Origin: Spirochaetaceae bacterium
Lineage (GTDB): Bacteria > Spirochaetota > Spirochaetia > SZUA-6 > DRHE01
Assembly: GCA_020353535.1 (NCBI GenBank)
Contig: CP070696.1
Coordinates: forward strand, 1,677,828-1,741,827
Direction of reading: 5' to 3'
Length of the DNA: 64,000 nucleotides
Shown here: positions 27,145 to 35,385 of the stretch, piece by piece
Numbering within the stretch: position 1 is the stretch's first letter
Layout: each line of letters starts with the position of its first letter
The notes under the pieces: generated by a model
Seen by the model: the letters and a program-made list of their open reading frames with translations, nothing else
Database searches by the model: none
What the model was told of the DNA's origin: nothing
Translations under genes and position numbers: made by a program

Positions 27145-28838
27145 AGCTCGTGCTTCCACGGAGCCGGTGGGCTGTATCAGGATCCGGGGCCTTGCTCCTC
27201 CTGCTCCTGCTCGCCGTACCGGTTTTCTTTCTGCTGCTATTCTTCTACTACCCCCTCGGCAGCGTGCTGGTAGGCGGATTGAGCGATCGCCAGGGCCGCT
27301 TCAGCTTGGGGATTTTGCTCACTCTGCTCGCGGATCCCTACTACCTGAAGATTATAGGCTTCACCGTATGGCAGGCCATCCTCTCCACCCTGCTTTCGGT
27401 GCTCATGGGTTTGCCCGGAGCCTATCTGCTGGCTCGCTACGATTTCAGGGGCAAGCGGCTGATCCAGGCCCTGACCACAGTGCCCTTCGTTCTGCCTTCT
27501 ATCATCGTGGTGCTCGGCTTCGTACGCTTCTTCGGAAACAACGGCATCCTCAATCGCTTTCTGATGGCCCTATTCGGTCTGGAGGAGCCGCCCCTCCGGA
27601 TTCTCTATTCCCTGCAGGCGATCCTGCTGGCGCACGCCTTCTACAACTTTCCTATAGTAGTCCGGGTGGTCTCCTCTCTGTGGCAACGGATTCACCCGAG
27701 CACCGAGGAGGCGGCCCGCAGCCTGGGGGCTCACGGCCTGCGCCTGTTCTGGCGGGTGACCCTGCCACAGATTCTTCCCGCCGTCCTCTCCGCAGCCGCC
27801 TTGGTGTTCATCTTCTGTCTGCTCAGCTTCGCCATCGTGCTGGTTCTGGGCGGAGGGCCCCGTTATACCACTCTGGAGGTGGAGGTGTACCGGTTGGCCA
27901 AGGTAAGCCTGGACCTGAAAACCGGAAGCGCCCTGGCCTTGATTGGTGCGCTGATTTCTCTGCTCTTCCTCTACGTATACATCAAACTGCAGCAGCGAAG
28001 CAGCTTCGCCGAACAGATCAGCGAGGACTACGAGCGTCCGCGCCTGGCCTCAACGCTTGGCTCCGCCAGAGGGGCGTTCCATGTCGTCTATCTCCTGCTC
28101 ATGGCTGTCGTGATCCTGGCGCCGATGGCCACGGTGGTCGCCTATTCCTTCCAAGTGCGTACCGGTTGGGGCCAGCAGGCGATCAGTTTGGGATGGTACC
28201 GGCGCATCTTCTCAGGAGGCGGTCCCTACCTTCGGGCCGTGGCCAACAGCCTGTTTTTCGCCGTTGCAACCATGCTCCTTTCCCTGCCCCTGGGAACGCT
28301 GCTGGCTTACCTGGGAGCCCGCGGTCGCTTTGCCGGCAGCCGGCTTCTGGAAGCGATCACGATGCTGCCCATCGGCATCTCCTCGATCATCCTGGGTTTG
28401 GGCTACCTCAAGGCTTACCAGCAGCTGCCTTGGAAGATGGTGGGCAGCTGGTACGCCATCGTCTTTGCGCACACGGTCATCGCCTATCCCTTCGTAATCC
28501 GTGTGGCTTCGGCCACCTTCCGCAAGATGAAGAGCTCCCTCTCCGAAGCGGCCCGCAGCCTGGGCGCGGGTCCCTGGCGTCTGTTTTGGCATTTGGAGCT
28601 TCCCTTGGCCCGTTCGGCTTTGATCACGGGGGCGGCTTTCGCCTTCGGCATCTCCGTCGGGGAGATCAACGCCAGCCTGATGCTCTATAATGAGAAATTG
28701 ATTACCATCCCGGTGATGATCTATCGCCTGATCGGTTCGTACAATTTCATCGGCGCCTGCGCCATGGGCTCGGTATTGATGCTCTTCTGTTTCCTGGCTT
28801 TTCTGATCATTGATCGAGCCGGCGGGGAGGTCGGTTAA
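27120..28838 (+). CDS. thiP: thiamine/iron-type ABC transporter permease (two fused permease domains)
   Basis: 572 aa with two EAA-loop regions (EEAARSLGAHGLRLFWRVTLP and SEAARSLGAGPWRLFWHLELP). The exact start is uncertain. Confidence 0.8.
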   Translation: MGKTGQPLELVLPRSRWAVSGSGALLLLLLLAVPVFFLLLFFYYPLGSVLVGGLSDRQGRFSLGILLTLLADPYYLKIIGFTVWQAILSTLLSVLMGLPGAYLLARYDFRGKRLIQALTTVPFVLPSIIVVLGFVRFFGNNGILNRFLMALFGLEEPPLRILYSLQAILLAHAFYNFPIVVRVVSSLWQRIHPSTEEAARSLGAHGLRLFWRVTLPQILPAVLSAAALVFIFCLLSFAIVLVLGGGPRYTTLEVEVYRLAKVSLDLKTGSALALIGALISLLFLYVYIKLQQRSSFAEQISEDYERPRLASTLGSARGAFHVVYLLLMAVVILAPMATVVAYSFQVRTGWGQQAISLGWYRRIFSGGGPYLRAVANSLFFAVATMLLSLPLGTLLAYLGARGRFAGSRLLEAITMLPIGISSIILGLGYLKAYQQLPWKMVGSWYAIVFAHTVIAYPFVIRVASATFRKMKSSLSEAARSLGAGPWRLFWHLELPLARSALITGAAFAFGISVGEINASLMLYNEKLITIPVMIYRLIGSYNFIGACAMGSVLMLFCFLAFLIIDRAGGEVG

Positions 28839-30052
28839 TGGCCTTGCGAATTCAAGGCATAGAAAAGGTCTACCCCGATTTTCGCCTGGAGCTGGATTTC
28901 GAGGTGCGCCAGGGGGAGCTGCTCATCCTGCTCGGTCCCTCCGGCTGCGGTAAGACCACCACCTTGAGGCTGATCGCGGGTTTCATCGATCCGGACCACG
29001 GCTCCCTGCATGTGGATGGCCGCCGCATCGACACCCTTCCGGCTCACAGGCGGCGGATCGGCATCGTCTTCCAGGACTACGCTCTGTTCCCCCATCTGAA
29101 CGTCCGGGACAACATCGGCTTCGGCCTGCGCATGCAGGGATGGAGCTCGACCGCTGCGAAACAGCGGATCGGGGAGCTGCTCGGTTTGGTTTCTCTCGAG
29201 GTGTACGGAAAGCGAAAAGTGACCCACCTGTCCGGGGGGGAACAGCAGCGGGTGGCTCTGGCCAGGGCTCTGGCTCCTCAACCCCAGCTGCTTCTGCTCG
29301 ATGAACCCTTGAGCGCCCTGGACGCCAAGCTGCGCAAGAGCCTGCGGACGGAGATCCGGCGGATCCAGCGGGAGCTGGGTATAACCACGCTGTACGTGAC
29401 CCATGACCAGGAGGAGGCCCTGGTCCTGGGCGACCGCATCGCGGTGATGCGGGACGGCCACATCGAACAGATCGACACGCCCGACAACATCTACAACCGG
29501 CCGCGGAACCTGTTTGTCGGGACCTTTCTCGGGCAGGCAAACCTGGTGCAAGGTCGCCTGAGCGGGCGGCTCTCCGGGCGGGAAGGGGAGCTGGCAGTTG
29601 TGGAGACCCCGGTCGGGGCTTTGCGAGCCCGGTGGCCGTCGGAGGCACGAACGGTGCGGATACAGCCCCTGAACTCTCGGTCGGCAGACACCCGGCCAGC
29701 AGCAGAGGAGCTGAGCTTGGGAGCGGAGGTGATTGTCTTCTTCAGACCCGAGCACTGTTCTCTGAACGACAGGGCGTATACCGATATTCCGAAATCCACC
29801 GCGGCAGGTGCTTCGAACCGCAGCGGGTCTGAACGAACCAGAGGGCCCGCCCGTACCAACGGATCCAACCGCATAGGCGGTCGGATAACCCGCAAGGAGT
29901 ATATGGGCAGCCACCAGCTTGTTGAGGTGGAGGCGGGAAGTGAGCGCTTCACCCTCGATCTCGCCGAGGAGCGATCCCTGTCCGTCGACGATCAGGTGCA
30001 GTTCTCCGTCGATCCACGAAAGGTCTGTCTGTTTCCGGCCGCTAAATACTGA
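28838..30052 (+). CDS. ABC transporter ATP-binding protein (PotA/FbpC-like with C-terminal regulatory domain)
   Basis: GPSGCGKTT, LSGGEQQRVALARAL and LLLLDEPLSALD. The ATG overlaps the permease TAA by 1 nt. Confidence 0.88.
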   Translation: MALRIQGIEKVYPDFRLELDFEVRQGELLILLGPSGCGKTTTLRLIAGFIDPDHGSLHVDGRRIDTLPAHRRRIGIVFQDYALFPHLNVRDNIGFGLRMQGWSSTAAKQRIGELLGLVSLEVYGKRKVTHLSGGEQQRVALARALAPQPQLLLLDEPLSALDAKLRKSLRTEIRRIQRELGITTLYVTHDQEEALVLGDRIAVMRDGHIEQIDTPDNIYNRPRNLFVGTFLGQANLVQGRLSGRLSGREGELAVVETPVGALRARWPSEARTVRIQPLNSRSADTRPAAEELSLGAEVIVFFRPEHCSLNDRAYTDIPKSTAAGASNRSGSERTRGPARTNGSNRIGGRITRKEYMGSHQLVEVEAGSERFTLDLAEERSLSVDDQVQFSVDPRKVCLFPAAKY

Positions 30053-30834
30053 CCTTTCCCGCGGTCAAGGCGCTCCACACTATGTCGACCAAGCCCATGT
30101 CGAGTTTGTAGGGCTTGCCGGAAAGATACGTCTCCTCTACCACCAGCTCCTTGAGATCCTCAGCTTTCATCTCCAGGGGATTCTTGTTCAGCACCACCAT
30201 ATCGGTGACTTGGCCCGGCTCCAGCGTACCACGCTCCCGCTCGTCGAAGCTCATCCAGGCCACCTCATAGGTGAACATACGCAGAGCCTCGGGAATTGAC
30301 AGGGACTGTCCGGGATCGTAGGGATGGTTGCAGGCGCCGTAGAGGCCGGCGATCGGATCGGGAGGCGTGACCGGCGCATCGGATCCCCCGCTTACTTGGA
30401 TGCCCAGGTCCAGAATGTTGAGCAGGGGAGAGCTGGATCGCGCCCTGTCCCCCAAGAACTCCTGTAGATACTCCGGTGGCTCGAGTGGGCTGGTGAGAAA
30501 TCCGGGCTGCAGGGTGATGCTGATGCCCAATTTCGCGCAGGTTTCCAGGTTTTTGGGGGAAATCAGGCAGGCGTGGATGATCGAGTGGCGGTGGGCCTGC
30601 CGCGGCATCGAGGAAAACAGTAGCCACCAGGGCCCAGTTGGAGAAGTGCAGGTGGCCGTCCCCGAAAGAGGGCAAAAGGGCTCGCTCTCCGAGCTCGATC
30701 CGTCCGCCCCGCCGGGCGAATTTATCCGGAAGCTCATTTCCGATGTGAACGATTCGGCCGTTTTCTTCGACCAGATACTCGAACACCTGGTTTCGCCGGT
30801 CACAGGTAACGATGCTGCCATGGTAGATCTTCAT
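30042..30834 (-). pseudogene. YtcJ-like amidohydrolase-3 family gene with a large internal deletion and frame change
   Basis: The frame from 30834 gives the N-terminus MKIYHGSIVTC...LLPSFGDGHLHFSNWAL. The frame ending at 30042 gives the C-terminus HRHSIIHACLISP...GGSDAPVTPPDPI...DMVVLNKNPL. The junction is near 30600, and the total is about 790 nt against roughly 1.6 kb expected. Confidence 0.7.
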
Positions 30835-30980
30835 AACCTAAAGAACATATGCCCGCCAAACTGGTGGGTCAAGAGAGCGGACCGTGCGCGGCCGTGCCAG
30901 GACAGCCGCCTTTTCGAAGCCTCGGGGCTATTGGCACATTCGGGAAAACCGGGTATGTATAAATTCTGAGAGGTCCGCTC

Positions 30981-31727
30981 ATGTATTTCAAGCTCATCGC
31001 CTGCGACGTTCTGACCCGCGAGGTCTGCCACTGCATCGCCCGCAGCCCCCACACCGTGGACGTGGAGTTCACCGAAAAGGGGCAGCACGAGGACAGCGAG
31101 CGGCTGAGGCTCCTGCTCCAGGAGAAGATCGATAGGAGCGCGGAAACCCGTGTCCCCTTCGATGCCATCCTGCTGGCCTACGGGTTGTGCGGCAATTCCA
31201 CGGCCCAGCTGGAGGCTCGCAGCATCCAGCTTGTTCTTCCAAGGGCCCACGACTGCTGTACAATCTTTCTGGGATCCCGCCGGCGCTTCAAGGAGCTGTT
31301 CGCCGACAATCCCAGCCGGCCCTTCAGCTCGGCGGGCTATATGGAGCGGGGGGATTCCTACCTGCATGACGGGGATACAGGGCGTGTGCTCGGTCTGGAC
31401 AGAAGCTATGAGGATTTCGTAGCCCAGTACGGCGAGGAGAACGCAAAATACATCATGGAAACTCTCAGTTTATCCCGGGATGGCAACACCGATGATAAGG
31501 TCATCTATATAGACGTTCCCGAGACCTCCCGGGAGGAGTACGCCTCTCTATGTCGAGAGACCGCGGAGAAGGAGGGCCGGCGCTTTATCCGCGTTGAGGG
31601 AAACATCCGCCTGATCCGCCAGCTGGTCGAAGGAACCTGGAATGAAGAGGAGTTTCTCATCGTGAAGCCGGGCCGCAAGATCCGGGCTGTCTACGATTGG
31701 GAGGAAATCATCCGGGTGGGCGATTAG
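30981..31727 (+). CDS. DUF1638 domain-containing protein
   Basis: MYFKLIACDVLTREV and AILLAYGLCGNSTAQLEARSIQLVLPRAHDCCTIFLGS. Confidence 0.75.
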   Translation: MYFKLIACDVLTREVCHCIARSPHTVDVEFTEKGQHEDSERLRLLLQEKIDRSAETRVPFDAILLAYGLCGNSTAQLEARSIQLVLPRAHDCCTIFLGSRRRFKELFADNPSRPFSSAGYMERGDSYLHDGDTGRVLGLDRSYEDFVAQYGEENAKYIMETLSLSRDGNTDDKVIYIDVPETSREEYASLCRETAEKEGRRFIRVEGNIRLIRQLVEGTWNEEEFLIVKPGRKIRAVYDWEEIIRVGD

Positions 31728-31824
31728 ATAGGCCATGCATATCCGGTTCCACTTCGATTGCGCTGCTCAGAGGTTCACAGCGTAGGAGAAGGCGACTCTG
31801 CAAGCCACCACTACAGATACTTGT

Positions 31825-31859
31825 TGACACAAACTACCACAATGTGGTAGTTTGTGTCA
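31825..31859. promoter_or_regulatory. 35-bp perfect palindrome (operator candidate) inside a promoter-like element upstream of sdhA
   Basis: tgacacaaactaccaca-a-tgtggtagtttgtgtca. TTGACA at 31824-31829, 18-nt spacer, TAGTTT at 31848-31853. The 20-nt core aaactaccacaatgtggtag recurs at 36640-36659. Confidence 0.6.
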
Positions 31860-31978
31860 GTTTATATTCGGACCCTTCGTGGAATGGGGAGTGCTGATTG
31901 TGGCTCTTCTTTTAACCATCACTGCTGGCAAAGCCTTTGATTCGCCTGTTCCCTCAATTCTTTTACCCGGGGCCTCAC

Positions 31979-33676
31979 ATGAATCTAGACAATGAACTGT
32001 ATCATGATCTCATTATTGTAGGAGCGGGACTGGCCGGACTGACCGCCGCTCTCGAGGTCCGAGAACAGGATCCTGAGATGGATGTTGCGGTTGTCACGCA
32101 GACCCATCCCTTGCGATCCAACTCTGTATGCGCGCAGGGCGGGATCAATGCGGCCCTGGGCTCTGATGACAGCTGGGAACGGCACATGTACGATACGCTT
32201 AAGGCGTCCTGGTTCCTGGCAGACCAGGACGCTGTTCGGGTTCTGTGCAGTGGAGCGGAAGATGCGATCAAGAAACTTGACAGGTACGGGGCGCTGTTCA
32301 ACCGCAACGGTGATGGAAGTATCGCCCAGCGAGCCTTCGGCGGGCAGGGTTTTGGCCGTACCTGCTATGTCGCGGACAAGACGGGTCATAATCTGCTCCA
32401 TACCCTTTTTGAACAGTCACTGAAGCAGGATCTGAAAGTATATTCGGAATGGTACGTGACCTTCATCGCCGTTGATGAAGGCCGATTCAAAGGTATTACG
32501 GCGATAGATCTCGCAGGCGGCGAGATGCATTTCATTCGGGGTAAGGCTTTGATTCTGGCGGCAGGGGGGGCTGGCAGAGTGTACGGTAATAGCAGCAATA
32601 CCCTTTTCAACACGGGAGACGGTATTGCCCTTGCCTTCAAATGCGGGATCCCGCTGAAAGATGTCGAGTTCTTTCAATTTCATCCAACGGCGTTGTTGAA
32701 CGGTATTCTTGTAACCGAAGGTGCCCGGGGTGAGGGGGGCTATCTTATCAACAACCGGGGTGAGCGTTTCATGAGGAACTATGCTACGCGCTTCATGGAG
32801 CTGGCTCCCCGGGATCTTGTTACCCGGTCGATTCAGACTGAAATACGGGAAGGACGCGGATTCGACGATGAATACGTTCATCTCGATTTGCGGCATTTGG
32901 GGGATGATAAAATCAAAACGAAGTTACCCCAGATCAGGGACATCATTATCAATTTCGCGCACCTGGATCCAGCGGAAAAGCCAATTCCGATTCGTCCTAC
33001 CGCGCATTACACAATGGGGGGGATCGATGTCGACATTTCAACAAAAACAGCGATCCCCGGTGTTTTCGCGGCCGGTGAGTGCAGTTGCGTCAGCGTGCAC
33101 GGTGCAAACCGTCTCGGAGGCAACTCGCTACTGGAAGGAGTTGTCTACGGCAGCATCGCAGGGCAGGAGGCAGCACGATTTGTCAAAGAAACAAACCGGC
33201 GCTCCTTCGGGTCTGAGAAGCTGAACGGAGAGATCGACCGAATAAATCGGATTTTGAGCAGAGAAAAGGGAGAGAGAGTGGCTGCGCTGCGTTCCGAGAT
33301 GGAGAGAACTATGCTGGAGTGCTTTGGCATATTCAGGGACGGGCAGACCATGCGAAGGGGACTCGAAACGCTTCTGGAGCTGAAAGGGCGTTATGAGCAC
33401 ATCGCGCTGGAGGATCGCGGGCAGATCTACAACCTCAATCTGATCAGGGCGATTGAGCTGGGGAACATGCTGGAGCTGGCGCTTGCCGTTGCTGTTGCGG
33501 CTATTGCCAGAGAGGAGAGCCGGGGAGCTCATGCGCGCACGGACTTTCCTGAGGCGAATAATCGACACTTTTTGAAACATACGCTTTTGAGGAATCGCGA
33601 AGACGGCAACCCGGAACTGAGCTGGAAAGAGGTAGTATTGGAGAACATTGTTCCGGAAGATGAGATACGTTACTAA
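31979..33676 (+). CDS. sdhA: succinate dehydrogenase / fumarate reductase flavoprotein subunit
   Basis: DLIIVGAGLAGLTAA, QFHPTAL, TEGARGEGGYLIN and HYTMGGI. Start taken at ATG 31979; no clear RBS. Confidence 0.85.
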   Translation: MNLDNELYHDLIIVGAGLAGLTAALEVREQDPEMDVAVVTQTHPLRSNSVCAQGGINAALGSDDSWERHMYDTLKASWFLADQDAVRVLCSGAEDAIKKLDRYGALFNRNGDGSIAQRAFGGQGFGRTCYVADKTGHNLLHTLFEQSLKQDLKVYSEWYVTFIAVDEGRFKGITAIDLAGGEMHFIRGKALILAAGGAGRVYGNSSNTLFNTGDGIALAFKCGIPLKDVEFFQFHPTALLNGILVTEGARGEGGYLINNRGERFMRNYATRFMELAPRDLVTRSIQTEIREGRGFDDEYVHLDLRHLGDDKIKTKLPQIRDIIINFAHLDPAEKPIPIRPTAHYTMGGIDVDISTKTAIPGVFAAGECSCVSVHGANRLGGNSLLEGVVYGSIAGQEAARFVKETNRRSFGSEKLNGEIDRINRILSREKGERVAALRSEMERTMLECFGIFRDGQTMRRGLETLLELKGRYEHIALEDRGQIYNLNLIRAIELGNMLELALAVAVAAIAREESRGAHARTDFPEANNRHFLKHTLLRNREDGNPELSWKEVVLENIVPEDEIRY

Positions 33677-33715
33677 GTACCTGGTTGGTGTTCAAAGTTG
33701 GAGGTCGAGGCACAT

Positions 33716-34426
33716 ATGAACTTCACCGCTGTTGTTAGACGGTACAGTCCAGAGAACGATGGACAAGGACTGTTTGTCGAATACCTGGTGAGAGACGAAC
33801 CGGGTATGTCCGTTCTTGATTTGCTTCATCAGATTCATGACGAACAGGATGGAACACTGGCATATCGCTATTCATGCCGGGGAGCCATTTGCGGCACCTG
33901 TGCGATGATGATAAACGGAACCGCCAGGCTTGCCTGTAAAACACCGGTTGGTGAATTGCTGGCGGAGGGGAGCTCCATTCTAATAGAGCCGCTGGCAGGC
34001 GTGCCTGTTATCAAGGATCTCGTGGTGGATGAATACGTTTTTTGGAACAAAATCAGGAAAACGCTTCCCTGGCTGATGAGGGCGGAGAACGGGCCGGATG
34101 CAAAACTAATCTATGAAGAAAACCTGAACAAGATACATCTGGATCAACTCAACCGGTCTTCGGATTGCATCAAATGTGCCTGCTGCGTGGCAGAGTGCCC
34201 GAGCTTCAGGGTGAATCCCGATTTTATCGGACCCTCCGCCTGCAATCAGATGTATAAACACCTTTTTGATCCGAGAGACGCGATTACGGACAATCGTATT
34301 GAAATCTCATCCGGAGTGGGCGGGGTATACGATTGCGATAAATTTTCGATCTGCAACAAAGTGTGTCCAAAGGACTGCAGACCCATGCGGGCAATCACCT
34401 TCATTCAGAACAGGTTGAAAGGGTGA
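33716..34426 (+). CDS. sdhB: succinate dehydrogenase / fumarate reductase iron-sulfur subunit
   Basis: CRGAICGTCAMMINGTARLAC (2Fe-2S), CIKCACCVAECP (4Fe-4S) and CDKFSICNKVCPK (3Fe-4S-type). Confidence 0.85.
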   Translation: MNFTAVVRRYSPENDGQGLFVEYLVRDEPGMSVLDLLHQIHDEQDGTLAYRYSCRGAICGTCAMMINGTARLACKTPVGELLAEGSSILIEPLAGVPVIKDLVVDEYVFWNKIRKTLPWLMRAENGPDAKLIYEENLNKIHLDQLNRSSDCIKCACCVAECPSFRVNPDFIGPSACNQMYKHLFDPRDAITDNRIEISSGVGGVYDCDKFSICNKVCPKDCRPMRAITFIQNRLKG

Positions 34427-34444
34427 GGCAAGGAGAATCGGGAT

Positions 34445-35368
34445 CTAGAACTCGATCTGAGTTTCGCTCAATACTTTCTGAACATAGGCGTCGATTTTGG
34501 TAGTGACGATGGGCCACGGGGTACTTTTAACATTCTGGAGGATTTTACGTATGAAGGTTTCCGTATTGTTTATTTTGGGGTAAACGCTGGGAGTGACGTC
34601 CTTGTTGTATTGGACAAAAGTCGAGAACACATACTCCCGTATATCAGAGGGCATTCCCGCAAAGAAATGCATAGGCAGGTTTACCCAATTGATCATCAGG
34701 TGTTTCTCCAGTTCCCCGCTTTTCTTGGGAACCAGATAGGGTATGCACATCTGATCTAGTTCCAGAAGAATAGATTGAAACTCGTTTTTTACGGCATAAT
34801 CCTTTAATTCCGAGTGCACGGTTTCCGAAGTTTTTGTCAGTACGCAGCCGCTTAATTCCAAGCTCTGAGATGCCAGGTATGATTCGATGATGGGACTTCC
34901 GGCAAAGTATGTACCTGTAATAAAAAAATCTCCAAACGATATTGCACCTCGTAGCGGCAGTCCACGATCGAACATCTGTCTCTGAAGAAATGCGCAAGCT
35001 TGGAGAAATGCCAACACCCGGGTAGCGTGGAAGAGTCTTTTGTCGTTGCGGTTCAGCGGCAGACTCACCAGAATGGTGTCGGAGAATAGCAGCCAGTTTA
35101 ATTCCTCGCTTAGGATCTTCTTCCACAACTGATTCAGATAGTTCACGGTCTTAACATCGTCCTCACATACCAAACCTTGTTCTTTTCCGATGCTATCGAT
35201 TACCTCCGAAGGAATATTCGCTATAACTTCGACAATTAATCGAGCTGCTTTTTCGACGTCGTTGTTCAACAACATCTGTTGATACCCTAAGATATCGAAG
35301 AAACCAACCAAACCACTCTGAAAATCAATTTGTGAACCGGGGGTATCCCCATTACCGTTATTTCCCAT
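34445..35368 (-). CDS. hypothetical protein; N-terminal half shows a diverged class-III nucleotidyl-cyclase / GGDEF-like palm signature
   Basis: GLVGFFDILGYQQML, WLLFSDTILVSLP, LPLRGAISFGDFFITG and GSPIIESYLASQSLELSGCVLT, in the order seen in cyclase homology domains. Three consecutive 60-nt lines (34441-34620) each count 26/60 G+C. AAGGTGAGG RBS precedes the ATG at 35368. Confidence 0.5.
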   Translation of the reverse strand: MGNNGNGDTPGSQIDFQSGLVGFFDILGYQQMLLNNDVEKAARLIVEVIANIPSEVIDSIGKEQGLVCEDDVKTVNYLNQLWKKILSEELNWLLFSDTILVSLPLNRNDKRLFHATRVLAFLQACAFLQRQMFDRGLPLRGAISFGDFFITGTYFAGSPIIESYLASQSLELSGCVLTKTSETVHSELKDYAVKNEFQSILLELDQMCIPYLVPKKSGELEKHLMINWVNLPMHFFAGMPSDIREYVFSTFVQYNKDVTPSVYPKINNTETFIRKILQNVKSTPWPIVTTKIDAYVQKVLSETQIEF

Positions 35369-35385
35369 GAAATCCTCACCTTCCC

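Noticed and set aside
29700-29900. Ser/Arg/Gly-rich stretch (…STAAGASNRSGSERTRGPARTNGSNRIGG…) inside the C-terminal domain of the ABC ATPase.
   Set aside because: It looks like a low-complexity loop expansion in the regulatory domain rather than a separate domain or a gene fusion, and the reading frame is continuous.
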